Positions 50,166 through 59,676 of a stretch of DNA of 64,000 bases are shown here, piece by piece (within the stretch, counting starts at the first letter, position 1; every line of letters starts with the position of its first letter). The notes below the pieces were generated by a model. The model saw nothing but the letters and a program-made list of their open reading frames with translations, ran no database searches and was not told the origin of the DNA. The position numbers and the translations under genes were made by a program. Location of the stretch: the NCBI GenBank assembly GCA_015522685.1, contig WALU01000035.1:58035-122034 (forward strand), written 5' to 3'. The stretch is from Thermoproteota archaeon. GTDB taxonomy: Archaea; Korarchaeota; Korarchaeia; Korarchaeales; Korarchaeaceae.

Positions 50166-50308
50166 GATTGCACCGGATTACCTAATGTCAATCCTATTTC
50201 AGTGTTTTTCTCAAACTTTGTAAATTAGTCAATTGACGAGATAAAGTTCAGAATGATAAGCCATATAGGTAAGATTTTATAGTTGAAAATGAGCATACAC
50301 CCTAAGTT

Positions 50309-50366
50309 GGGAGGCTTCAAGGAGCTTCTCACGTCGTCATCCCTCCGGCTATGCCGGATGGCGGCG
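50309..50366 (+). ncRNA. Putative structured 5' leader (two GC/GU-rich hairpins) of the wHTH gene
   Basis: GGGAGGCTT/GAGCTTCTC stem, then CGTCGTCA-tccc-TCCGGC-TAT-GCCGGA-TGGCGGCG stem; AAAGGTGA SD follows immediately. Confidence 0.5.
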
Positions 50367-50370
50367 AAAG

Positions 50371-50616
50371 GTGAATAAATTGAGGATTCTGATGGATGCG
50401 CACTTGAGAATCTTGCGAAAACTTGAAAAGGCGAGGAGTGATGGCGTTGTTGCTTCTGAGCTAATTCCTGACAGGGTTGCAAGAGAATTCGTCCTGAAGT
50501 ATCTCTCTAATAAAGGTCTGATTATGAGGAGAAGGAGGTTTAGGGGAGAGCGCGTTTTCATTACCTCTAAGGGCTTAAATATGCTTAGGACATCAGGAGA
50601 CGGAATAGCTGACTAA
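50371..50616 (+). CDS. Small basic winged-helix protein
   Basis: L.IL..L...SEL....L..L..KGLI.R......ITSKG...L; the real start may be TTG 50380 or ATG 50392. Confidence 0.75.
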   Translation: MNKLRILMDAHLRILRKLEKARSDGVVASELIPDRVAREFVLKYLSNKGLIMRRRRFRGERVFITSKGLNMLRTSGDGIAD

Positions 50617-50643
50617 CTTCGGCCTTTCCTTTTTATTATTTTA

Positions 50644-50744
50644 TTCCCGAGGTCATTAGAGATAGGAGGCTTTCTCTGAGTCTTTAGGGTTAAATACTCG
50701 GATGGAGCTTCAATTAGGAGATCTAAAAATAGGCATGTCGGGAG
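50644..50744 (+). ncRNA. Putative structured RNA element (long interrupted hairpin)
   Basis: Nested stems TTCCCGA/TCGGGAG, TTAGA/TCTAA and GAGGCTTTCTCTGAGT/ACTCGGATGGAGCTTC (15 of 16 pairs counting G-U). Confidence 0.35.
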
Positions 50745-50926
50745 GTATATTAAAGGAGAGAATGACAAAGCTATATCAGATTTAATGGTGGCATGTTCAT
50801 ACATATAGTTGTAGTAAATGAAAATGATGAACTGTTGGTTACAGATAGAGCCGTATTATCAGAACTAGAAACGATGAATTCCATTCAGATCATCCTTTTT
50901 ATTACTACGAAGAAAGCATATTAATC

Positions 50927-51469
50927 CTAAATTGGAAGAAAGGCTTCAAGAAGAAGATTAATAGCCTCTTCTCTAGTAGAATGGTTTATAGTCACTAGAA
51001 CCATCCCTAAATTAGGTTGTCCGTAAATCATAAGCCATCCATCTGGTGCCAGTATAACTGAGGGAAATCCCAAGAGATCTTCTTCTCCTTCAACAATTAT
51101 AGCTACCTTGAATCCAACGGAGGCCATGCGGATAGCCAAGTATATCGCATCCCATGAGTTCGAAGTTATAGTTCCAGGGGGATTCTTAGAGGTAAGAATT
51201 ATATATCCGTTTAGCAATCGAATAGTTGAGCAGTTAGCTTTTCTCTTCTCCCTTAGATCTATAACTACTATGTCTGGAGGCTTTCCCATGTCAATGAGAG
51301 AAGCAGTTACTCTATCTCCGACAGATATTATTTTTTCTTTACCTATATCTGAGGAATTCTCTACTACTTTACCTTTTATTTCTGTTATTTTTTTTCTATA
51401 TTCCTTCTTGAGTGATATATTATAAAGCAATCTGACGCCATCTTCAGAGAGGTACCATTTAGAATTCAT
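50927..51469 (-). CDS. GTP-dependent dephospho-CoA kinase (DUF359)
   Basis: SVGDRVT, D.R.KR, NPPGTIT, VEGEEDL, YGQP..G. Confidence 0.88.
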   Translation of the reverse strand: MNSKWYLSEDGVRLLYNISLKKEYRKKITEIKGKVVENSSDIGKEKIISVGDRVTASLIDMGKPPDIVVIDLREKRKANCSTIRLLNGYIILTSKNPPGTITSNSWDAIYLAIRMASVGFKVAIIVEGEEDLLGFPSVILAPDGWLMIYGQPNLGMVLVTINHSTREEAINLLLEAFLPI

Positions 51470-51488
51470 ATCAAAGAGATTAATGTGA

Positions 51489-52325
51489 ATGTTCCTAATA
51501 TTAGATGCGCTAGCTGCTGGTGAAGGGAAAGACTTTCCTCTTTATATATAATAGGGATAATCCAAGACCATTGCTGGCTTATTAGAGGAATTCGATATCT
51601 TTCATAGGATTATAAGGATAGAGGACTACCTAAGATTGATGCTGAGAGAATTCGATGTTCTTCTCATTAATGCTATAAGTATGTAGCAAAGAAGACTGCT
51701 GTAATATCTAAAACCTTAGGAGACTCGATAACATCGAATTTAGATCTAGTTAGAGGGCTAGGTTTCGACTTAGAGGATGGAGAGAAGGAGAATAAGCACT
51801 CGAAATGCCCTTGGAGGAGAACTATTTCTCAGCTTCATTCCTGATGGCTTGAATGAACATTCAATAGATTTTATCAGATCTTATAATATAATTCCTCATT
51901 ATAAAAGCACTAGGGTTTATGCAAGGCAGTAAAAAGCTATTCTAATTTAAATATGCTATAAAAAGAGTTTCTTTAGATGATGTGACATTTGCTAAGCCTG
52001 TTATGAGCAAGATCTTAGGAATCGCGCGCCCTTTCTGGAACTGCTTTTGAGGAGCATAAGTTAAAGCAGGTAATTACCCTAAAGAGATAGTCAGAACGGC
52101 CACTAATCTAAACAAGATAAGAAGAATAAAACTCCTAGAGAAAAGATTATTCATTATAGTTCCTCTATTCTATAAAAGAGGGAATATAATTCCCTCTAAC
52201 TGAATACTGGGCCTACCATCAAGCTAAGGATGAGAAAATGTTTTAGAGCGAGGAGTACGCTGAATATTAGGATAATTGAGGTTATATCAGATAAGTTAGT
52301 AAAAAGATTGCCAGAAAATTAATCA
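51489..52325 (+). pseudogene. Decayed B12-binding-like radical SAM gene (multiple frameshifts, stops and a large deletion)
   Basis: Fragments in shifting frames: MFLILDALAAGEGK, RLSSL.IIG, TIAGLLEEFD...FDVLLINAISM*, PHYKSTRVY, AGNYP; no ORF of 60 aa or more in 830 bp. The 3' boundary is approximate. Confidence 0.6.
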
Positions 52326-52332
52326 GTAGATG

Positions 52333-52406
52333 TGGGGCCGCCGGGATTTGAACCCGGGACCACCAGCGCCCCAGGCTGGCATCCTACCTAGCTAGACTAC
52401 GGCCCC
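52333..52406 (-). tRNA. tRNA-Pro(GGG); no intron
   Basis: GGGGCCG/CGGCCCC-A acceptor; CCAGC-CTGGGGC-GCTGG anticodon arm. Confidence 0.97.
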
Positions 52407-52472
52407 CTAACCCATAGGTATTTACTATCTTCATTTTTAAACGATTATCTAATTGAAGGCTAGAGTAGGGAG

Positions 52473-53273
52473 ATGATAGGGGAGATACATACAGTAAGCA
52501 CTATTGCAGGACTAGTCCTTATAATGTCTATTGGATGGATAGGTTACTTCTATAAGTCCGTAGACTTAGCTGGATTTGTAACAGGCTTACTGATAGGCGT
52601 AGTCTTTGTTTTAGCTGGGGGGTTTCCGGCAGTGCTTATGCTATTAACCTTTTTCTTACTAGGTTCCGCTTTTACTAAGTATAAGTATAAGGCCAAGGAG
52701 AGTATTGGTGTAGCCGAGCTGAAAGGCGGAGCCAGAACTTGGAAGAATGTACTAGCCAACCTCTTTTTCCCTACGATTGCTTTGTTATTCTACTCTGCAG
52801 TTATATGGAAACCAGCTATGATTGCTTTCCTTGCATCACTTTCAGGTGCCCTTTCAGATACTTTAGGAAGCGAGATAGGGGTTCTCAGCAGAAGCCCTCC
52901 TGTGATGATACATAACTTGAAGAAGGTGTCTCCTGGAACTTCTGGTGCTATTTCTCCATTAGGAACTTTAGCCAGCCTAATGGGCTCTTTTTTAATACCA
53001 TTAGAAGCTTTGTCCGTCTCTATGACAGATTTTCGCGGATTTATACTCACTTCCTCGCTAGGTTTCTTCTGCAGTATCATAGATAGTTATATGGGAGTAT
53101 TACAGGCTAGATATAGATGCGAATTGGATAAGAGAGTCGTTGAAAACCTAACCTTATGCCAAGAGGATTATCCTCGAGCAATATCTGGCATAACTTGGTT
53201 AAATAACCATTCGGTTAATTTTTTCTCTACCGGTATAACAGCTGTCATATCCTTAATCATAGGTGCAATATGA
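52473..53273 (+). CDS. DUF92 / TMEM19 membrane protein
   Basis: R.W.NVLAN, DTLGSEIG, PGTSGAIS.LGT, DS..G..Q, NN..VN. Confidence 0.88.
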   Translation: MIGEIHTVSTIAGLVLIMSIGWIGYFYKSVDLAGFVTGLLIGVVFVLAGGFPAVLMLLTFFLLGSAFTKYKYKAKESIGVAELKGGARTWKNVLANLFFPTIALLFYSAVIWKPAMIAFLASLSGALSDTLGSEIGVLSRSPPVMIHNLKKVSPGTSGAISPLGTLASLMGSFLIPLEALSVSMTDFRGFILTSSLGFFCSIIDSYMGVLQARYRCELDKRVVENLTLCQEDYPRAISGITWLNNHSVNFFSTGITAVISLIIGAI

Positions 53274-53975
53274 ATGATTATCTCTGTGATCATGCCCTCT
53301 TATAATGAGGGCAAATACATCAGGAGGTCTCTGGAAGCATTAAGGAATGTTGGGATAGATGAGATAGTTGTGGTAGATGGTGGAAGTAGGGATTCTACAG
53401 TAAGTATTGCTAGGCAATATGCTAATATAGTTGAGAGCTCGCTATCTTACGACTCTCCCGCTAAAGCGAGGAATGTAGGTATTAGGATATCTAGAGGGGA
53501 TATTCTTGCTTTCGTAGATGCAGACACTGTTGTAGCTAGAGGTTGGTTAGAGGCCATTAAGAGGGGATTTGATGACGATGTTATAGGCGTTACGGGACCT
53601 GCGTACCCTTTGGAGGATAACAGCCTTACTTCACTGATTTCTTACATTATATCGTACGATATACTGGTTAGATTCACACTCTCAATTGATAGGCCGCATT
53701 TCCTAGGATTCAATGTGGCTTATAGGAGGGATGCCTTGGATAAGATAGGTAGTTTTAGAGAGGATGTAGCTATTTCAGAAGATGCTCTTTTATCTATGAG
53801 CGCTTATAGGGCAGGAAAGCTCAAGTTTCTGCCTGATATGGTTGTTTATACGTCAATGAGGAGAATAAAAAGGAGAGGAGTAAGAGAATCTCTATTTTAC
53901 CTAATTTATAATGGACTGCTTGTCACATTATTTGAGAAGCCCTTCACAGTCTATCCTAAGATCTCAGATCAATAA
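53274..53975 (+). CDS. Family 2 glycosyltransferase
   Basis: SVI.P.YNE, VVDGGS.D, ARN.G, FVDAD, ED, TS.RR. Confidence 0.9.
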   Translation: MIISVIMPSYNEGKYIRRSLEALRNVGIDEIVVVDGGSRDSTVSIARQYANIVESSLSYDSPAKARNVGIRISRGDILAFVDADTVVARGWLEAIKRGFDDDVIGVTGPAYPLEDNSLTSLISYIISYDILVRFTLSIDRPHFLGFNVAYRRDALDKIGSFREDVAISEDALLSMSAYRAGKLKFLPDMVVYTSMRRIKRRGVRESLFYLIYNGLLVTLFEKPFTVYPKISDQ

Positions 53976-54200
53976 TTTCTCCATCTCTTCATTCAGTTGA
54001 ACTATCCTTAGGATACTGTTTAGCAAGGCTCTAGCTCTAGATGGCATAAGACCTTTAAGCTCCACCTTCACAATCTTTTCTTGAACATCTATATTAAAAT
54101 CCTTAAAGTCAGGAATGAGGGATTTGTAGAATATATCTGCATCTTCATACTCATTAAATTCTATAAGAAGCTTAATGTTTATCTTCATCAAGTAATTCAA
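53964..54200 (-). CDS. pcc1: KEOPS subunit Pcc1
   Basis: A...YKSL.PD and RA.LNS.LR; superoperon position. Confidence 0.75.
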   Translation of the reverse strand: MNYLMKINIKLLIEFNEYEDADIFYKSLIPDFKDFNIDVQEKIVKVELKGLMPSRARALLNSILRIVQLNEEMEKLLI

Positions 54201-54741
54201 ATCTCCCTATATTAACTCTTGGGCCTATTTCAATTAAAGGAATTGTCCTAAAGAAGGAAACTGTAGATAAAATGCCTTCTTTCTTAGGAATTAAATAGAG
54301 GAAGATATCACATTCATCGCCAAATCCCTTGAGATTCTCCAAAGAGGATAAAACTGATTTTTTAGCTTTTAGGGAAAGCGAGAGTACCCTGGCTAGCTCT
54401 AATAGGGATTTCGATTTATGAGAAATGCATAGATCCTTTGATGGAAGAGCCCTTCTTTTGGTCATCTCCCTTCTAAGGGTTATCTCCTTTAGGTCGATCA
54501 GTGATATAGGTCTAATGGCTAAAGGTGTCGGCTTGAAGAAGTATAAGGAAGAAGGATTTCCCCCTTTAGTACTGACTATAAGAACTCTCTCAGCCCCCAG
54601 CTTAAGGGCAAGTTCATTAAGATCTTCTAAAGATGCCTTTCCTCTGTTTCTTCTTATAGCACCTGGAATTACGTGATAAAGATCTCTAACAAAAGAACGT
54701 GTCCTTTGGGAGGGTCTTCTCGTGGTTGTTATGAGAATCAA
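54172..54741 (-). CDS. Brix-domain ribosome biogenesis protein
   Basis: ITTTRRPS.RTRSF..DL, NRGK, GNP, GP. Confidence 0.88.
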   Translation of the reverse strand: MILITTTRRPSQRTRSFVRDLYHVIPGAIRRNRGKASLEDLNELALKLGAERVLIVSTKGGNPSSLYFFKPTPLAIRPISLIDLKEITLRREMTKRRALPSKDLCISHKSKSLLELARVLSLSLKAKKSVLSSLENLKGFGDECDIFLYLIPKKEGILSTVSFFRTIPLIEIGPRVNIGRFELLDEDKH

Positions 54742-54986
54742 GCCCTCTCCCTTGCTAGCTCAGCACTTCTAGCTACTGCTGTGAATGGTTCCCAAGCTCC
54801 TCCTGTAAAGACCTTTCCACACTTTTCACACCTCCAAATACCTAGCCCGATCCTCTTGACAGCTAATGCCCCGCAGTATGGACACTTATATACTCTTTTT
54901 GATTTTTGAGCGATATATTCAACCCTTTTTCTAATCTTAAGTCCATATCTAGGAGTCCTAATCTTTGATCTTGGAGCCCTAGCCAT
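54738..54986 (-). CDS. rpl37ae: 50S ribosomal protein eL43 (L37ae)
   Basis: RYG.K.RKR, CPYC...GIW.C.KC...F.GGAW.P. Confidence 0.95.
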   Translation of the reverse strand: MARAPRSKIRTPRYGLKIRKRVEYIAQKSKRVYKCPYCGALAVKRIGLGIWRCEKCGKVFTGGAWEPFTAVARSAELARERA

Positions 54987-55793
54987 CTATATCACCCTCA
55001 TAATTTTATCTGTGATTTGAGGCCACTTGCTACGAGCAATATTGGCTGCTTTTATAATCTCTTCCATAGTAAACATACCATGCTTCTTTTGAATTGAGCA
55101 GACTCTACCTTCTTTATCTATTGCTAACGTTATTGCTGCATCAGAGACTTGTTCCTCCTCTAAAACGGGATCTAGAAGAAGCTTATCTTCTATCTTCACA
55201 AATGTGAAATTCACGGGAATATCCTTTAGTCTTAATTTCCACTTGCTCTCCTTGATAATCATCTCTCCTTCATCATTCACCTCGACTTCAGATATCTCTG
55301 CACGAGCCAATGCTATTAAGGATGCCATGGTTAATGCATCCTCCAAATTCCCATCATAATCAAGGACATACATATCCAAGAAAATCATATAAACCAGTTT
55401 ACCCTCAGTTATAACCAAGGAAGACATATCTATGGCGTCTGCGCTCCTAATTGCTCTATCCACAACTCTAGCGACCTCAATTGAATTTTCGTTAGGAGGA
55501 CCCGGCTCGAATGCAGGAGAAGCTAAAGGAAGCAATTCTGCATTCGAAACTAGAACTCCTTTATTGGGCGTATCAGAAAATGGTTCACCTACATCAGCCT
55601 TAACCCCAACCAAGACTTGGGTATTGCCAAGCTTAAGCCAAGCTTCACCTTCAGCTTTAGTGAACGTTCCTTCCTTTATTTCAATAGGCCTAAATTCATG
55701 TAAGCTCCTTCCATCTATTCTTTGATCTTGGGAAGCTAGTTCTCTGATATAATCCCTCAGTAGATTGTGAGTAATCAACTCCGGCCCAAACAT
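54987..55793 (-). CDS. rrp42: Exosome subunit Rrp42
   Basis: R.DGR...EFR, LG.T.VL.GVK, PF.DTP..G, FEPGPP.E. Confidence 0.95.
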   Translation of the reverse strand: MFGPELITHNLLRDYIRELASQDQRIDGRSLHEFRPIEIKEGTFTKAEGEAWLKLGNTQVLVGVKADVGEPFSDTPNKGVLVSNAELLPLASPAFEPGPPNENSIEVARVVDRAIRSADAIDMSSLVITEGKLVYMIFLDMYVLDYDGNLEDALTMASLIALARAEISEVEVNDEGEMIIKESKWKLRLKDIPVNFTFVKIEDKLLLDPVLEEEQVSDAAITLAIDKEGRVCSIQKKHGMFTMEEIIKAANIARSKWPQITDKIMRVI

Positions 55794-56554
55794 TACAAAT
55801 CACCTTTTACAGACCTCTCAATGACCTGATAAGGCCTCTTTAAAGCTTCCTTCTGCATCTCATAGAGGAAGCGAATGGAATCCCTGCCTAATTCTAAAGC
55901 CTCTTTAAACTGGCTCTCAGTCATAGGACCATCTATCTGTAGTAGAGTTACCTCTTCCGATTCCATAAGCATTGCCATTGGCATATCTGCATTACCCCAC
56001 ATATCCTCATCGTGATTTAGATCGCAAATTACGAAATTTTCGACTCTACCTACTGCGCATGCAGCAACTAGACCTCTCATAGATATTCCTGCATTTGCAA
56101 GTGCCATGGATGCGGCGTTAACTCCTGCTACTCTAGTCCCAGCGTCGGATCTTAGAACCTCAACAAATATATCAATTACCGATCCTGGATAATTCTCAGC
56201 GAATATTGCCGGCTTTAGCGCCTCCCTTATTACTTTTGACAGCTCAACGCTCCTCCTGTCAGGTCCGGGCCTCTTTCTCTCGGGAGTCGAGAAAGGAGCC
56301 ATGTTATATCTAGCTCTTACTAAGGCCTTATCTGGGAGAATCATATGCTTAGGATGAACTTCCCTAGGACCGAATACTGCTGCTAGTATTCTATTTCCTC
56401 CCCATTCAATAAAAGCAGATCCATCAGCTTTATCCAGTACCCCAACAGTCATTCTAATAGGTCTTAGTTCACGAGGTTTCCTACCATCTGTTCTAATCCC
56501 CTCTTCAGTTATTAGGACCTCTGGTTTCTTCTCAATATATAAGGGCATTACCAT
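55793..56554 (-). CDS. rrp41: Exosome subunit Rrp41
   Basis: DGRKP.ELRP, GPRE.HP, YNMAPFST.ER..PGP.RR, D.GTR, DMP. Confidence 0.96.
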   Translation of the reverse strand: MVMPLYIEKKPEVLITEEGIRTDGRKPRELRPIRMTVGVLDKADGSAFIEWGGNRILAAVFGPREVHPKHMILPDKALVRARYNMAPFSTPERKRPGPDRRSVELSKVIREALKPAIFAENYPGSVIDIFVEVLRSDAGTRVAGVNAASMALANAGISMRGLVAACAVGRVENFVICDLNHDEDMWGNADMPMAMLMESEEVTLLQIDGPMTESQFKEALELGRDSIRFLYEMQKEALKRPYQVIERSVKGDL

Positions 56555-56562
56555 CGCCTCTC

Positions 56563-57255
56563 CTAGTTAGATAACTCTTGACTTAGGAAGGAAGATGTCC
56601 TATCACTTAAGCCAGAAATATGAGATTCGTTTTCTATTTTGCGTAAGGCCTTTTCTAATACCAAAAGTTCCTTTAAGGAAGGAGTTTTTACCCATATTCT
56701 CCCATTATTGCTTACTATGAGCTCACTCCTAGTCTTATCTCTAAGTATCGATAGCATAGACTGTCTCTTTCCTATAACCCTCGGTACTTTAGCTGGATCT
56801 ACCTCTAGCAGGTAGCCACCTTCTAGCTTCCCTAACCCCTCCATATCTATTGTAAGAAGTAAAGAGGAGGATCCATCAAAAGCCTTTACCTTAGCTAGAA
56901 GAACATCACCTAATTTTAATTTATATTTCCTCATGTTAACTCTTTCAACGGCTCTACCCCTTGGTATAGGGATAGCTCCTTGATAGGGGGATCTTATATC
57001 CACTATAATTGTGGATCCCGTTATTTTAGATATTATACCTATTGTTATATCTCCCTCTCTAGGTATATAGACACCAGATAATGGAACAATAGATATGTTA
57101 TCTTCCTTTACATCTACTAAACCAAGCTTCTTAGCCCTTATTATGCCAAACTTATCTCTATAAACGTCCTTGCCGAGATTAAGCTTGCCTTTGGCTAGAG
57201 GCTGGCCAGGAACAACTATCTCCTTATTCTTAACGAGTATTATACTTTCACTCAA
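56563..57255 (-). CDS. rrp4: Exosome cap subunit Rrp4
   Basis: VVPG, YIP..GD..IG, KVPRVIG...SM, NG.IW, E.H.SGL. Confidence 0.93.
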   Translation of the reverse strand: MSESIILVKNKEIVVPGQPLAKGKLNLGKDVYRDKFGIIRAKKLGLVDVKEDNISIVPLSGVYIPREGDITIGIISKITGSTIIVDIRSPYQGAIPIPRGRAVERVNMRKYKLKLGDVLLAKVKAFDGSSSLLLTIDMEGLGKLEGGYLLEVDPAKVPRVIGKRQSMLSILRDKTRSELIVSNNGRIWVKTPSLKELLVLEKALRKIENESHISGLSDRTSSFLSQELSN

Positions 57256-57925
57256 CTTCAGCTTGACCTCCCATCTCTCCTATTTTACCAAGTATAAGCA
57301 TTTGGGCGCCTATGGGAAGTTCTACCCTAAATGCCACATAAGACCCGTCTTCAGACCACTTCTCTGATAATATGTTACCCTGTCCTGTTAACAAAGAGCG
57401 AACTTTAGCCCATGCCGAGGCAGGAACCTTGATTGATATGACCACTTGGCCGCTTTTAAGTGGGAGTATCCTCCTTAATTGCCCGATAATCTCTTTTACT
57501 TGTTGCTCAGGCTCTTTTAATGGATCTACTTTAACTTTAGCCTCTTTCATAGCTTTTTCTATCCTAGATACTGGATGTGGTAGATTTGTTTGGGGATCCA
57601 CGAAATTCTTGTGTATGTAGTTAATTATCCACCTTATCTTCTCCTCTTGTAATTTCTTTCTATATTCCGATGTAAGTTGAACCTCTCCTTCCTTCAATAT
57701 TACCTTGGCAATTTCATAGAGGTCCGTGGTTCTAAATGCTTTTTTAAGATCGGATGAGGATGCTTTTAATGCCTTTCTAGCATCCGTAAATACATTCTCA
57801 ACAGCGAGAATGTTTTTAATATCCACTTTCTTTCCTTCTCTAAACTGATAGGCCTTCTCGGGGTATACATACACCTCAAATTTCTTTCCGATACGAGAAA
57901 TCCTCGCAATAACAGGCTCAGGCAC
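57248..57925 (-). CDS. Ribosome maturation factor SBDS/Sdo1
   Basis: FE..V.P, F.DA.K, F.TTD, G.VQLT.E.R, DP.T..PHP..RI..AM; start trimmed to GTG 57925. Confidence 0.93.
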   Translation of the reverse strand: MPEPVIARISRIGKKFEVYVYPEKAYQFREGKKVDIKNILAVENVFTDARKALKASSSDLKKAFRTTDLYEIAKVILKEGEVQLTSEYRKKLQEEKIRWIINYIHKNFVDPQTNLPHPVSRIEKAMKEAKVKVDPLKEPEQQVKEIIGQLRRILPLKSGQVVISIKVPASAWAKVRSLLTGQGNILSEKWSEDGSYVAFRVELPIGAQMLILGKIGEMGGQAEVE

Positions 57926-57929
57926 CAAA

Positions 57930-58640
57930 TCACCCTTTCGCCTCTTCAACATATCTTGATATTTCATCTTTGGACAATTTCCTATATTTCTTTGTTTTCA
58001 GTTCGATAACAGCAATCTCCAGTGATTTTGCCTCTATCTCGCCCTCTTCTACTTTCATAATGGTTTTTATTGCATATTTAAAGCAGTTATCTAGTGTCAG
58101 ATCAAATTTATAGCTCTGTTTGAAGCTTTCATTTACTTTATCAGAATTCTTTCCGACTGCAAATGCCGCATAGTTATAGAAGGCCCCCCCAGGATGGGTT
58201 ACATATAGCTCTGGGCCTTCATCTATTCCTCCAACAATCATCATCACTCCAAAGGGTCTTAAACCAGCATACTGTGTAAACTGCTGCTTGTAAACAGCTA
58301 TTTTCTTGGCTAGGTTCTTCACCGTGATGGGTTCTCCATATACTAATCTATTATACTGAGCTTCTATCCTTCCCTTCTCAATAAGAACAAGCCCGTCTCC
58401 AACAAGACCGGCAGCTATAGCTCCTATATGCTCATCTATCTTATAGATCTTCTCAGGAGGTGTCGCAAGGGGAGATAAGTATTTTCTGACTGCTAGAAGA
58501 ACAACTCCATCCTTACATTTCATTCCTATAGCAAGGGGAGTTCTCTTAGTAGCAGAGAGAGCATATTCAACCTGAAGAAGTCGCCCATCAGGACTAAAGA
58601 CAGTGATCGCTCTATCATATCCTGTTACCTGTGGAAACAT
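57930..58640 (-). CDS. psmA: Proteasome alpha subunit
   Basis: GYDRAITVFSPDGRL.QVEYA, TQY.G.RPFGV. Confidence 0.96.
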   Translation of the reverse strand: MFPQVTGYDRAITVFSPDGRLLQVEYALSATKRTPLAIGMKCKDGVVLLAVRKYLSPLATPPEKIYKIDEHIGAIAAGLVGDGLVLIEKGRIEAQYNRLVYGEPITVKNLAKKIAVYKQQFTQYAGLRPFGVMMIVGGIDEGPELYVTHPGGAFYNYAAFAVGKNSDKVNESFKQSYKFDLTLDNCFKYAIKTIMKVEEGEIEAKSLEIAVIELKTKKYRKLSKDEISRYVEEAKG

Positions 58641-58728
58641 TTGTTCACCCTACTTCGATGATCATCCATTGAACCTTGCTAGGACATATAGAGTTTTCCC
58701 CTTATCCGCCGATTGTTATTACGCTTAT

Positions 58729-59049
58729 CTAAAGAAGATGTTCGCAGAGTTCTCTAGCTTTGCGGAGGGTTCCTGATATCCCTATAATGCTAATAACCCT
58801 ATTATCTTCGTATACTAATGTTAAAACTGCAGTGAGAATTGCCTTCACAGAAGGCTCCGCTGCCTTGATTATATACTTATCTCTGGCGATAGATATTATC
58901 ATGAATTTATGAAAGCCTGTTCCCTTAATTCCAGCTAGTTCATTTATCGCTTTCTTGAGGCATCCAATCAGTTCGCCCTTTGATAATTTAGTATAAATGC
59001 AAATGTACCTCCTACGTTCCTTCATGTCTACGGGTATCTTAAACTTCAT
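58729..59049 (-). CDS. rnp2: RNase P protein Pop5/Rpp14
   Basis: E.RRYI, .G..G, SGTL.KA; superoperon position. Confidence 0.8.
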   Translation of the reverse strand: MKFKIPVDMKERRRYICIYTKLSKGELIGCLKKAINELAGIKGTGFHKFMIISIARDKYIIKAAEPSVKAILTAVLTLVYEDNRVISIIGISGTLRKARELCEHLL

Positions 59050-59676
59050 TTAGACGACTCCTCTCAACTTTAACTTCCTTTCTTGACTAACCAGATATTT
59101 AGGAAAATCCTTCACGTACATTTTCGCTTGATTTCTATCTAAATCAAAGAAGAATTCCCCAAAAGATATAAGAATCCTAGGTGGGACTATCTCATTCAGA
59201 TCAGATGCAAAAGATGCAATGATTGGGTAAATGCCTGTTTTTATAGCTATTTCTAGCTCAATTTTCACGCTTCTAAGGACTTGAGGATTAGTTTTTATAT
59301 AGCTCATAAGCTGACGGACGGGTATTATAAGAGATCCCTCATTACGCTTCAACTGCTTAGCGCAGATATAATCGAAGTTTGGTCTTCTCTTATCATATGT
59401 AGTTATGATGGCGTCAACTATCTTGCTGTCTGTCGCCTTTCTTGCGTCTTCTAAGCTATCTGGTTTAACAGCTATTAAGTCAAAAGATCTCCTAACATGC
59501 CTTGTTCCAAGTGGCAAATCTGAAGCCTTTATGATTGCCACTTTAAATATACCCTTCGATTTTGGCTCAAGCATCTCTCCTATAACCCCAAGCATATCAT
59601 ATCCTAAGGATGAAGCTTTTCTCTCCATGGAAACTAAATCTTCAGGTTTTTTTGGCTCAAGTATATCTGAGTACAT
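59050..59676 (-). CDS. rnp3: RNase P protein Rpp30
   Basis: Y.D, LGY, VD.I, S.A.....PR; superoperon position. Confidence 0.78.
   Translation of the reverse strand: MYSDILEPKKPEDLVSMERKASSLGYDMLGVIGEMLEPKSKGIFKVAIIKASDLPLGTRHVRRSFDLIAVKPDSLEDARKATDSKIVDAIITTYDKRRPNFDYICAKQLKRNEGSLIIPVRQLMSYIKTNPQVLRSVKIELEIAIKTGIYPIIASFASDLNEIVPPRILISFGEFFFDLDRNQAKMYVKDFPKYLVSQERKLKLRGVV

Noticed and set aside
50225-50804. Minus-strand ORFs 50225-50482, 50349-50561 and 50613-50804
   Set aside because: They overlap the wHTH gene or the structured elements and lack recognisable motifs, so they are treated as spurious.
50824-50890. Box C/D sRNA
   Set aside because: A C-box-like ATGATGA is present, but the D boxes read CAGA and the spacing is irregular, so it is not called.
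52030-52045. Mini-ORB-like GTTCCAGAAAG on the minus strand
   Set aside because: Single partial match inside a pseudogene, with no cdc6/orc1 gene in the window.
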